From positions 300,405-364,404 of the IMG/VR virus record IMGVR_UViG_3300031787_007614: a stretch of 64,000 nt of DNA, one strand, 5' to 3'. Below the pieces are notes generated by a model that saw nothing but the letters and a program-made list of their open reading frames with translations, was not told where the DNA came from and did no database searches. This document shows, piece after piece, positions 31,294 through 40,850 of this stretch. The position numbers and the translations under genes are program-made. Within the stretch, counting starts at the first letter, position 1. Every line of letters begins with the position of its first letter.

Positions 31294-32334
31294 TTACAGA
31301 TAAGTTTCTAAACCGCCACGACGGCGGATATCCTGTGTGCAACAAGATATACCGCCGTCCCAGAAGTAGCTGTGACGCAACTCACATATAATGGGTTCAA
31401 TCCCATGCTTCCTACAGTAATCAAAAACTTCTTTGTTGTACGCACTAAAGATCACGTGCGATTCATCTAACACAAGACAGTTGACATCAAACACAGTTTC
31501 GGCCACAAAGCCAGTCCATTTGGTCAGATAAGTGTTCACAAAGTCTGTGAACTCAGGTGTGGGTGTTTGGCCTTGCACATACCATGCGCCAGGTGATTGT
31601 TCGTACTTGAACTTGCCCACTTCCATAGCGGCCCAGATTGAACTGTCCCAGATCTTACATACGTCCCAGCCAGGAAAGTCTTTGGCTAGATCCAAGTTAA
31701 CATCGTGCTTGCTGGACAGTAACACACCGGGTTTGAGAATAGCAAACACAGCATCACCGTGTCCATCTGTAACAGCTTCGTGTATGCGATACTCTGGACC
31801 TAGGCAATTGTCCACAATCCAACGAGTTTGATCAGGACGCAAAAAGTCTGAGTTGTCAAAGAACACATCACGCCCCACACGCACAATACAACTTGCACTT
31901 GCACCATTTAGTATGCAATCTGGATCCCAGGCGCTTTTGTGTGGGTTAATGACTGCATCTCCGTAGCCTCGGCAAACGTTATCCAGTTCAGGCATGGCCA
32001 ACACACGCAACAATTTGCCGCCCAAGGTGATTTGCCAGTCGCGTGGTGTGAGTGGCGGCAGCGGAGCACCTCCTCCTTCAGTTTGGAACCATACAAATTG
32101 ATCTTTTGCAGGTAGATCTGGACGACGAACTTGAGCTCCAAACTGCTCAATGGTCTTGGACAAGTTAGCAAGATCTTCTTCAGTTTCATGGAGAATCTGT
32201 TGCAGTTGATTGCGCACTTGTGGATTGTCTATGAAATCAAAGTAGTCAGGCGAGTAAGCACGACCCACAATTACTTCTTCAAGTGGTTGCCAGCTGGTGT
32301 AGGAGTTAACGATATTGCTCATGTATTTTCTCAA
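31294..32334 (-). CDS. Amidinotransferase (glycine/inosamine-phosphate amidinotransferase family)
   Basis: SWQPLEEVIVGRA, TPRD, GHGDAVF, DVN, DGGISCCTQDIRR. Confidence 0.85.
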   Translation of the reverse strand: MRKYMSNIVNSYTSWQPLEEVIVGRAYSPDYFDFIDNPQVRNQLQQILHETEEDLANLSKTIEQFGAQVRRPDLPAKDQFVWFQTEGGGAPLPPLTPRDWQITLGGKLLRVLAMPELDNVCRGYGDAVINPHKSAWDPDCILNGASASCIVRVGRDVFFDNSDFLRPDQTRWIVDNCLGPEYRIHEAVTDGHGDAVFAILKPGVLLSSKHDVNLDLAKDFPGWDVCKIWDSSIWAAMEVGKFKYEQSPGAWYVQGQTPTPEFTDFVNTYLTKWTGFVAETVFDVNCLVLDESHVIFSAYNKEVFDYCRKHGIEPIICELRHSYFWDGGISCCTQDIRRRGGLETYL

Positions 32335-33496
32335 TCAAGCTATTTAAACGCTTGCTCTTGTTGGCAACAAATAATTGCTGGTTGTGTTCTATGTCTGCTC
32401 TGGCAGCTTCGAACAACTGCGGTAACCTGGGTTGAGCGGCTGCTATGCTGTCACGCAAGCTCTCCCAACGCTGTGTGTGGTTTGCAATTTTATCGTAACT
32501 GTTATCCAGTATGCCATCAAACACACGATAGCCCAGATCACGCAACACTTGCAAACTACCAGCACCACCGCCCACAAAAAACAACTGCCCGTGTTTGATA
32601 GGTTTGAATGTTTTTTCTGTAACAAATGCACCATTTGACTGATCCACATCAAATTGACTTTCCAACACTATGTTACAGTATGCGTTTGCAAAATATTTTG
32701 GTTCCATTACAGAATGATTGTTGCGATCGCTATCACTTAGTTCATCGCTGATGTAAGGTGCCTGATCCAGGAACCGTTTGCGATCATAACGCAGCTGACT
32801 GATCATATCTACTTCTATTGGGCAGTCGGTATCTTCACCGTAAGGTTCTTCACAATAACTCCAATAACTGTTGCTCAGTATACCAGAGCGATGCAGGTCT
32901 GCCATGGCAGTGGCCCGCCACCATTTGTGCAGTCTGCTCAAACAAGTAAAATCTCGTTCTCGTGGCAAGTTGTGAATTTCTAAAGGCGCACTGTTGATGT
33001 TGCGCTGATAATACCACAGTTCAAAGTCGTGAAATGTAACAAAGCCGGGCAACTGGTCTGCGGATGTATTACTGCTGACAAATATATAACAGTCTGGTGG
33101 CAACAGGTGTTGTTCGGCTAATGCGTCCAGTCTGTTTTTGATTCGTCTAGGACTGTCACCTTCGTGGTACATGAACAACACACGTAACTCACTGCGGTGC
33201 AGTTTTTTTCTTACAGCAACTGTCATTAATTCAAAGTAGTCAATGTCAAAGTCAAAGAATCCCAAGCAAACAGGATAGTATGTGTTGGCTGGCAAGCTGT
33301 GGTCGATGTTGTGAACTGTTAAATCAATACCATGTTGACCACAGTATTCTTGTATTCGCACAGGAGTAGTGTATGGCCAGTGCTCGCCAAACTGTCTCCA
33401 GCCGGGAGTGTAAGGTCTAGCTTCGTGCCGTGCCAGGGCAGGATATATTTTACCTTTGATGGTTTGATCAGCAACAAGATTAAGTTTGTAATTCAT
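32306..33496 (-). CDS. 'TEK-motif' putative glycosyltransferase
   Basis: NIVLES...VTEKTFKPI...LRDLGYRVF...DNSYD. Confidence 0.5.
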   Translation of the reverse strand: MNYKLNLVADQTIKGKIYPALARHEARPYTPGWRQFGEHWPYTTPVRIQEYCGQHGIDLTVHNIDHSLPANTYYPVCLGFFDFDIDYFELMTVAVRKKLHRSELRVLFMYHEGDSPRRIKNRLDALAEQHLLPPDCYIFVSSNTSADQLPGFVTFHDFELWYYQRNINSAPLEIHNLPRERDFTCLSRLHKWWRATAMADLHRSGILSNSYWSYCEEPYGEDTDCPIEVDMISQLRYDRKRFLDQAPYISDELSDSDRNNHSVMEPKYFANAYCNIVLESQFDVDQSNGAFVTEKTFKPIKHGQLFFVGGGAGSLQVLRDLGYRVFDGILDNSYDKIANHTQRWESLRDSIAAAQPRLPQLFEAARADIEHNQQLFVANKSKRLNSLIEKIHEQYR

Positions 33497-34676
33497 ACAA
33501 CATGTTTTGTAGTTCAGGCCAAAGTATGCTAGTCAATCCGCCTTGGTAAAAATGATGAAAGTTGTGTTCTACTAAGGGCACACATGCACGATGAATTTGC
33601 TCACGTTCTTTCAACGACAAACTGTCAAGGTCCTTGAGTAATTTTACTACCTTTTCCACACGCAGTTGATCATCGGTTTCTTGGTCGTAACTTTCGTCAA
33701 ACACAGAATCAAATGTTTTGAAACCATAACTGCGCATGTATTCCAAACTGCCAGCAGGCGCCATCAACACAAACGGCATTTCTAATGCAATGGCCTTGAA
33801 TGTTTTTTCAGTAATGTGCAATCGACGTCCAAAATAAACTGTTTCAGTTGGCACATACACAAGAGAATCCTGCGCTTCTGTAAAATTGGTAAGCCAACAG
33901 CTGGCCATCTGTTGAGTTTCTTCGCCAGCAAACAGTCTAGGCAATTCAGCAGTTCGAAACACTTGCTCAATGTCTGGATATATGTTATTATACTTCTTAG
34001 CAATGTCAACAATGTCAACATTTTCATACACACAGACTCGTGGAGCTGAAATGTGATTGTGTTCCAATTGCTGTTTGAACACATGATACAAAAACAACAC
34101 TCGATGATCACGTTTGCCAGCAACAATCCGATTGGGACTCATGAACGTTTTGGTAGGAGCACGATCACGTGCTCTAGGAATCAAAAAAGACTTATCGTAT
34201 CCACGAAACCAATCTTGACAGGCCCATCCATGATAAAAATAGTAATGACTTTTCCAGCCATATATATCACACAACTGTTCAACTTGTTCTCCATGCTCGC
34301 TAACAATAACATGTCCTTGTGATGTTTTTATTTGTTTGTTTTTAATAATGTTTGCTAAATTTAGATCAGTATAATTTGCAATTAAAAAATCAGCCATGTT
34401 AATGTAGTTGCTGTCAGGATCGTTAAGTCTGTACACAACATCAGCCATGCGATCTAACACTTCGTTAAACAATCCTCCATGTGCATCTAAATGAACTGGT
34501 TCTTGATCATGAAAAAATATATAATCTTCTTCCTCGATGCCATCATACCCAAAATTCAACAATGCGTTGGGGCTGGTATCACCAGGTGGATCACAAAAGA
34601 ACATGCGTGTGCCAGGAACATTTTGCTTGATCCAAGGCCAAAATGTATTGTTGTAAATTTCGTCTATTCTAATCAT
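33480..34676 (-). CDS. 'TEK-motif' putative glycosyltransferase
   Basis: VPTET...ITEKTFKAI...MPF...GFKTF...FDESYD. Confidence 0.5.
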   Translation of the reverse strand: MIRIDEIYNNTFWPWIKQNVPGTRMFFCDPPGDTSPNALLNFGYDGIEEEDYIFFHDQEPVHLDAHGGLFNEVLDRMADVVYRLNDPDSNYINMADFLIANYTDLNLANIIKNKQIKTSQGHVIVSEHGEQVEQLCDIYGWKSHYYFYHGWACQDWFRGYDKSFLIPRARDRAPTKTFMSPNRIVAGKRDHRVLFLYHVFKQQLEHNHISAPRVCVYENVDIVDIAKKYNNIYPDIEQVFRTAELPRLFAGEETQQMASCWLTNFTEAQDSLVYVPTETVYFGRRLHITEKTFKAIALEMPFVLMAPAGSLEYMRSYGFKTFDSVFDESYDQETDDQLRVEKVVKLLKDLDSLSLKEREQIHRACVPLVEHNFHHFYQGGLTSILWPELQNMLYELQT

Positions 34677-37600
34677 GTTTGATGTTTTTTATTCGGGGAA
34701 AAAACCCAATGTTGTGGTGGGAGTACAAGAAGCTGAATCGATTGATCATGCACGTCAGTTGAGTCGCACACGATATTTTTGGTGGATACACTACTTAGCA
34801 GATCTCGAGCACTGGGATTTTTCTTGGGAGCCTGTACCGTGGCAAAGTCACCAACGCCACGCCTGGGCCAACCAACATCAACCTGACGCTGGCATATATC
34901 TTGTGCCTGCAAACTGGGATGGGCAAGAAACCAATTATCACTCTGCTCCTGCAATACATCACGGGGTTGATGCAAACTACTGGCACATTCCCGGCTGGAT
35001 TGATGCTACCAGCATAGATCCACAATGGAGTCCAGACCCAATGGATCCACCTTATATCTACGAGTTTCCTGTGGAGTGGGGATGGGATAGAATTGGTGGG
35101 CCACAGTATCGAGTTCCTGGTGCTAGTGAAATCAAATACGTCAACGCTTTTGTAACAAAAACTCAGCACAATCCATTGCCTTGGTTTCAGCATTGTGAGT
35201 TTAACTGGACTGACGAAGCCTATCGTTGGCGCCCATGTCCCGAAGATCCTCCTTACATCTATGTGTTTGGTAATCAATGGTATCCAGCTGAAGTCATGCC
35301 TACTGTGGAATATCGAGTTCCTGGCGCCACAGAACGCAAATACATGGATCTGCGTGTGCAGTTACCAGAACGTCACACTAACCACTGGCACACTTTGCAT
35401 GATTGCGAATGGGATTATTCATGGGTGCCAGACCCAGGAGATCCACCTTATATCTATGTTTTTGGCAATCAACATTGGCCTGCTGAAAAAATGCCCACAG
35501 TGGAATATCATGTGCCAGGCGCTACCGAGCGCAAGTACATGCACATGACTGCAAGATTACTCAGTGACAAAACCAATTGGACCATACACGAATACATCAA
35601 ACGATGGGACTATTCATGGGTGCCGGATCCAGGAGACCCACCATACATCTACATATGGGGCAATCAACATTGGCCCGGCGAGATCATGCCCACCTTAACA
35701 TATACAATGCCTGGTGCAACAGATATCAAATACGTAGATGGACCACAACCTGAGTTGGGCAGTTGCATGGGCAATTGGGAATGGTGCGAAGATATCAACG
35801 ACAGTGAGTGGGATTGGACGTGGGTACCCAACCCCAAGGACCCTCCCTATATCTATGTGTTTGGCAATCAATGGAATCCGCCAGAATTAAAAGCCAGTAT
35901 CAAGTATCATGTAGATGGTGCTACAGAAGTCAAGTATATGGATCGACGCACCACAAGATTGCCGCAGCCTGATCTTTTTACTAATGTTCTTCCAGTGACG
36001 CAGTTTGATTACTCTTGGGAACCTGATCCCACAGATCCGCCAATGACCTATGTGTTTGGTAGTCAGTGGAATCCTGGTGTGCTAGAACCCGCTGTAACAT
36101 ACAGCACTGGAGGCACAGAAATCAAGTATGTAGACAACATAATTGCTCAAGTGGCACCAAACCCTGAGTCCTGGACACTGCTGGACGATGTGATAGAGTT
36201 TGACTACAGTTGGAGACCAAATCCCACAGATCCCCCTTACATTTATGTGTTTGGTAATCAATGGCTAAGTGCAGAAGTCCGACCTGCACTAGAGTATCAT
36301 GTGCCAGGTGCTACAGAACGCAAGTACATGGATCATCCACGGGCTCAACGTCGTGGCAACCCAGAGTTATTTGTGAAGTTACATCCTTGTGCGTTTGATT
36401 GGTCGTGGGAACCAGAACCAGGATCGCCTCCTTACAAGTATGTGTTTGGTAATCAATGGCACGCCGCAGAAATCATGCCCACAGTTGAATACAACATGCC
36501 AGGTGCTACTGAACTCAAGTATATGGACGAGCCAAAAGCTAAACTACCCGAAAACCCCAATCGACCTTGGTACAATGTAGTTGAGAGCGACATGGATTAT
36601 TCATGGGTACCGGATCCCGGAGATCCTCCATATATCTATGTGTTTGGCAATCAATGGCACTCAGCTGAAATCATGCCCACAGTAGAATATCGCATGCCCG
36701 GCGCTACAGAACGCAAGTACGTGGATATATCCGCACAATTGCTACCTGACTTGACACACTGGCACATACCTGATCATGTTGATGTCACGGACATGGACTT
36801 CTCTTGGGTACCTGATCCAGGTGAGCCGCCCTACATCTATCAGTTTGCCACACAGCACCAAAAAACAGGCGGCCCGCAATATCGGGTGCCATGTGCTAGT
36901 GAAGTCAAGTATGTGGATATGATGCGAGCCGAAGTCAAACGTGAGGCTGTGCCTATTTTTGAAATTGATCACATGGACGGCAATGCTGGTCAGATCCCTA
37001 ACGTGGTCAAAAAGATTCGATATTTTGACAACTATAGAGACACTCTAATACGTCTGGCCAAGAGTCTAGTGGGCGAATACGAGCATGTGTGGGTGTGTAG
37101 CAGTATATGCGATTACACTGACTTTGATTTTTCATGGCATCCAGAAACATGGCAAAGCACCATGCTCCATGTGTTCCCTAGCAACAAACAAAAGTTTGGG
37201 GACACATTCTACATGCATGTGCCTACCTTTGCTGAACGAGCAGAAAAGAAACAGTTGTTAGAATGGTATTCGGTAAACTATGTGTCACGACGGGCAGTGC
37301 CACGCAGACCTATGCCTGTGATTGTGCATGATGGCGACAGTCAAGTTGATGCTGTAAAGTCACAAGACTTTGTGGGTCCATTGGCCATGTTTACCAATCA
37401 TGACTATGTGCCTAGCGACCTTGTTACAGTGCCCTTGTGGCGGCAAGAAACCAAGACTATTGTGCCTGTAAGTTCAGGCGCTGGCAGTGTAGTTGTGCCT
37501 AAAGTGGCTGTGCCCTTTATCAAGACACAGTTGTATGACTATCCGCACATAGACAAAACACAACGAATGTTGAAAGACAAGCCATTAGACATTGTGTTTA

Positions 37601-38274
37601 TCAGCAATGGTGAAATCAACGCTAATCGACACTTTGAACATCTAGCCAGTGCGACTTGTAATTTAAAAAATAAACTGCATCGTGTGGATGGTGTGAATGG
37701 ACGTGTGGCTGCTTATCATGCTGCCGCACAGGTCAGCGGTACACCTTGGTTCTTTGCAGTATTTGCTAAGTTGCAGGTCAATAAAGAATTTGACTGGAAC
37801 TGGCAACCTGACCGCATGCAACAGGCCAAACACTATATCTTTCATGCCAAGAATCCTCTCAATGGACTGGTATACGGACACCAGGCCATGATTGCATACA
37901 ACAAGAAGTTAGTGCTAGAGAACAAAGGTCTGGGCCTAGACTTCACACTAGACCAGCCACACGAAGTAGTACCCATCTTGTCAGGCACAGCATGGTACAC
38001 TGACTCACCGTGGATGGCCTGGCGTACTGCTTTCCGTGAAGTAATTAAACTGATGACCACTTTGCCTGATGTGGAAAGTGAATACCGCTTGAACAAATGG
38101 CTTGATATCAACAGCGACGAAGCGGACCCGCAGTGGAGTCGACTTGGTGCAGAAGATGCTGAGGAATATTACAACTCAGTCAACGGAGACTTTGCAGAAC
38201 TGCGAAAGAGTTATGATTGGGCTTGGCTGGCTAGCTATGCGTTTATTAAACGATCTCTAACAACTGATCAATAA
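34675..38274 (+). CDS. 1199-aa protein: ten ~65-aa W/P/Y-rich repeats plus GT2-like C-terminal domain
   Basis: Repeats DxSWxPDPxDPPYIYVFGNQW..ExMPTVEY..PGATExKY; the C-terminus matches ORF 13481 (RVDGVNG..AAYHAAA; AWRTAFREVIKL). Confidence 0.7.
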   Translation: MFDVFYSGKKPNVVVGVQEAESIDHARQLSRTRYFWWIHYLADLEHWDFSWEPVPWQSHQRHAWANQHQPDAGIYLVPANWDGQETNYHSAPAIHHGVDANYWHIPGWIDATSIDPQWSPDPMDPPYIYEFPVEWGWDRIGGPQYRVPGASEIKYVNAFVTKTQHNPLPWFQHCEFNWTDEAYRWRPCPEDPPYIYVFGNQWYPAEVMPTVEYRVPGATERKYMDLRVQLPERHTNHWHTLHDCEWDYSWVPDPGDPPYIYVFGNQHWPAEKMPTVEYHVPGATERKYMHMTARLLSDKTNWTIHEYIKRWDYSWVPDPGDPPYIYIWGNQHWPGEIMPTLTYTMPGATDIKYVDGPQPELGSCMGNWEWCEDINDSEWDWTWVPNPKDPPYIYVFGNQWNPPELKASIKYHVDGATEVKYMDRRTTRLPQPDLFTNVLPVTQFDYSWEPDPTDPPMTYVFGSQWNPGVLEPAVTYSTGGTEIKYVDNIIAQVAPNPESWTLLDDVIEFDYSWRPNPTDPPYIYVFGNQWLSAEVRPALEYHVPGATERKYMDHPRAQRRGNPELFVKLHPCAFDWSWEPEPGSPPYKYVFGNQWHAAEIMPTVEYNMPGATELKYMDEPKAKLPENPNRPWYNVVESDMDYSWVPDPGDPPYIYVFGNQWHSAEIMPTVEYRMPGATERKYVDISAQLLPDLTHWHIPDHVDVTDMDFSWVPDPGEPPYIYQFATQHQKTGGPQYRVPCASEVKYVDMMRAEVKREAVPIFEIDHMDGNAGQIPNVVKKIRYFDNYRDTLIRLAKSLVGEYEHVWVCSSICDYTDFDFSWHPETWQSTMLHVFPSNKQKFGDTFYMHVPTFAERAEKKQLLEWYSVNYVSRRAVPRRPMPVIVHDGDSQVDAVKSQDFVGPLAMFTNHDYVPSDLVTVPLWRQETKTIVPVSSGAGSVVVPKVAVPFIKTQLYDYPHIDKTQRMLKDKPLDIVFISNGEINANRHFEHLASATCNLKNKLHRVDGVNGRVAAYHAAAQVSGTPWFFAVFAKLQVNKEFDWNWQPDRMQQAKHYIFHAKNPLNGLVYGHQAMIAYNKKLVLENKGLGLDFTLDQPHEVVPILSGTAWYTDSPWMAWRTAFREVIKLMTTLPDVESEYRLNKWLDINSDEADPQWSRLGAEDAEEYYNSVNGDFAELRKSYDWAWLASYAFIKRSLTTDQ

Positions 38275-39361
38275 TGTATTCTACCTCTAAGTCTGTAAGC
38301 TCAGGGTAGATAGGCAAACTCAAACATCTGCGGCTAAGTGCATAACTGGCACTCAACATGTCTGGCCCTTGGTACTGTTGGAATACAGGCAGTTCCTGTA
38401 GTGGTTCGGCATAGTGGATCTTGGTTTCAATCTTGCGCAAAGAGAGATTGCGTTGCACAATGTCACGTTGATCCACTTCAATCACAAACTTGTGATAGCA
38501 ATGTTTGTCAAAATTGCTTTTGTCAATCAATGATCGTATGGGTGACTTTTCCAAGCGGTTCATCCAATAGGCAGCAATAGTACTTCTACGACTTTGCCAT
38601 GCAGCCAAGTGCCGGGTCTTGATCATCATTTGCGCACAGTCCACCTCACTCATGCGTGAGTTGGTGCCTATTTCGCTGTGCTTGAGATACTTGCCGTTGT
38701 TTACATAGTCTCTAGCAAACTCTTGCAGTTCATACCTGTTGGTCACTACAGCACCACCGTTGCCGTAGTTGGCAAAGTTTTTTGTAGGGTCAAAACTTAT
38801 AGCGGCTGATTCGCTATGTCTATGGCATTTGTCGGCCAACCAGTGCTGTGCGGCATCTTCCACAATGATGTCGCCGTGATTGCGCCAGTGCTGATGAACA
38901 CTCTGTCCATACAGGCCAACAAGGCACACTGCTTGATAACTTAGGTCTCGAGGCAACTTTCTATAGTCCATTTGCCCATAGTTGTCTGTGTCCAAGATGT
39001 AGATATTCCAGCCGGCTCGAATCCAAGCATTGGCAGTGGCTGGATAGGTCAGCGCAGGTATGACCACTGTGGGTGGTGTGATGCCGATCTTGCTTCTAAA
39101 GTATTCAGCAATGATCTCTAGGGCATGTGTGCCTGAGTGACACAAGGTAGCATACTTGACACCGTTCTTTCTGCTGATCCAATGCGCAAACTCAGCAGTA
39201 TAGTTGCCATCCATCAGTTGTCCCGAACGCAACACTTCATCAGTCACGTCCAGGATTTCCTGTCGGAGATTGTTATACTGCTTGCGGAGACCAGTAAACG
39301 GAATTGTTAAGCCAGTGGTAGTAATTTTCAAATCCTTCTTGAACATCAACCCGGGGATCAA
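38246..39361 (-). CDS. DegT/DnrJ/EryC1/StrS PLP aminotransferase (start probably TTG near 39330)
   Basis: SGTHALE, TYPATA, EDAAQ, SFDPTKNF catalytic Lys, GNGGAVVT, G.NSRM. Confidence 0.92.
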   Translation of the reverse strand: MIPGLMFKKDLKITTTGLTIPFTGLRKQYNNLRQEILDVTDEVLRSGQLMDGNYTAEFAHWISRKNGVKYATLCHSGTHALEIIAEYFRSKIGITPPTVVIPALTYPATANAWIRAGWNIYILDTDNYGQMDYRKLPRDLSYQAVCLVGLYGQSVHQHWRNHGDIIVEDAAQHWLADKCHRHSESAAISFDPTKNFANYGNGGAVVTNRYELQEFARDYVNNGKYLKHSEIGTNSRMSEVDCAQMMIKTRHLAAWQSRRSTIAAYWMNRLEKSPIRSLIDKSNFDKHCYHKFVIEVDQRDIVQRNLSLRKIETKIHYAEPLQELPVFQQYQGPDMLSASYALSRRCLSLPIYPELTDLEVEYIIDQLLEIV

Positions 39362-40241
39362 AGCCTAATACTTGTCTGGCCTTGTCGATATTTAGTGCGC
39401 CACGGCTGGGAAAGTCTGCGTCTTTGTCTTTTACTTCTATTGAGCCCGAGCCCACAATGTCAACCACCATTTGGGCGGCCTGGAGGAGTGAGACTGAATG
39501 AGATTTAGTGATATTGTAAGTGTCGTTCGCAGCACCCACTTCCAATGCAGCCGCCACAATGCCATCCGCAGCGTCATCAACATAGGTAAAGTCAAGAGTC
39601 TCTCCCGCTCCGTTGACATTGAGAACTTGACCACGCATGGCTCGGAGCATAAATTTTGCCACAACACGATCTTCAACATCCAACGGACCGTATACCGCTG
39701 AGGGGCGTATAATAACATATTCCATTCCTGTTCGACGAGCATAATCTTTTACCAGCCATTCTCCTGCAAGTTTCATGATGCCGTATTGTCCAATTGGATT
39801 GCACGGAGCATCCTCAGTTACCTGATCGTCGAAGTCTCCGTACACCATTGAGCTTGAGATGTACACAAAGCGTCTAACACCGTATCTTTTGGCACTCTCA
39901 AGAACGTTGATCAGGCCACGCATCATTACATCAGCGCCGTGTGCAGGATTGGCGTTGACAACTTTCTGACGTGGAAATGAGGCCATATGGACAATCACTT
40001 CAGGCTGTTGAACTCTGATCACATAGTCAATGGTGTCCGCAGTTTCAATTGAGGCTGCATACAAAGGATGCCGATCAATCTTGACGGCTCGTTCTTCCAT
40101 CAAGTAGTCTAATTCGGCCTGTGGAATAATGCCATAGTTGGTTTTGTTGTCAATGATGCTGACTGTGTGACCCTGGCGTTTGAGCCTTTGCACCACATTG
40201 TGTCCAATTAGGCCGTAGCCACCAGTTGTTAGTATTTTCAT
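39273..40241 (-). CDS. NAD-dependent sugar epimerase/dehydratase
   Basis: MKILTTGGYGLIG, SSSMVYG, YGIMK (YxxxK), RPSAVYGP, LDFTYVDD. Confidence 0.92.
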   Translation of the reverse strand: MKILTTGGYGLIGHNVVQRLKRQGHTVSIIDNKTNYGIIPQAELDYLMEERAVKIDRHPLYAASIETADTIDYVIRVQQPEVIVHMASFPRQKVVNANPAHGADVMMRGLINVLESAKRYGVRRFVYISSSMVYGDFDDQVTEDAPCNPIGQYGIMKLAGEWLVKDYARRTGMEYVIIRPSAVYGPLDVEDRVVAKFMLRAMRGQVLNVNGAGETLDFTYVDDAADGIVAAALEVGAANDTYNITKSHSVSLLQAAQMVVDIVGSGSIEVKDKDADFPSRGALNIDKARQVLGFDPRVDVQEGFENYYHWLNNSVYWSPQAV

Positions 40242-40537
40242 TTGTTTCTCCACTTCATTTGATACCACATATAGACTCGTTCGTCCATTATGGTAAAGTT
40301 GCCTGCTCTACTGTAGTCCCAAAAACGCCCATTGATATATTGTCCTGGATAGCCATAAGTTTCGATCAACCAACGCTCTTGCTCTATAGTATGCACACCT
40401 TTGTGTTTGTACAGTGTCATTGGCACAAACTTTTCACCATCCCATACCTGCTTGCGCACCGGAGGTGGGAGAACTATATCTGACTCGTCGGCATATTCTA
40501 TTACTGGTTGCCACCCCATTTGAGCCTCCAGAAACAT
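40238..40537 (-). CDS. Hypothetical protein
   Basis: ATGA-coupled ORF; start may be 40519. Confidence 0.55.
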   Translation of the reverse strand: MFLEAQMGWQPVIEYADESDIVLPPPVRKQVWDGEKFVPMTLYKHKGVHTIEQERWLIETYGYPGQYINGRFWDYSRAGNFTIMDERVYMWYQMKWRNK

Positions 40538-40830
40538 TCATTCTGTTCGCTGAGTCTGGCCACAATATCATAACGATGCCCGTAACTGGCATAGTCAGTA
40601 GTTCTGTGCCAGTAAGGTTTTTCCACAGCATGTTCCATGACGAATTTACCAGCATCACTTTCTTGCCATTCGTAAATGGGCTGTGCCACAAACAGGTCTG
40701 GATCTTCAACATCGCCCATGCGGATGGTGTGTACTATAACATCACGGAAACTGATCCATTTACCATCAACCCATTTGGTTTGAGATGGTTGCCAGTGAGT
40801 GGGTTTGGTATGATCTTGTGTGATGCCCAT
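40501..40830 (-). CDS. Hypothetical protein
   Basis: 109-aa ORF in the minus-strand operon. Confidence 0.6.
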   Translation of the reverse strand: MGITQDHTKPTHWQPSQTKWVDGKWISFRDVIVHTIRMGDVEDPDLFVAQPIYEWQESDAGKFVMEHAVEKPYWHRTTDYASYGHRYDIVARLSEQNECFWRLKWGGNQ

Positions 40831-40850
40831 GTGCTAGTATAGCACACCGA

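Noticed and set aside
35230-36900. Repeats in the 1199-aa gene as a CRISPR array or DGR template/variable pair
   Set aside because: Copies are in-frame and conserved at protein level with synonymous divergence; no identical DNA repeats with unique spacers, no adenine-specific variation, no cas or reverse transcriptase in the window.
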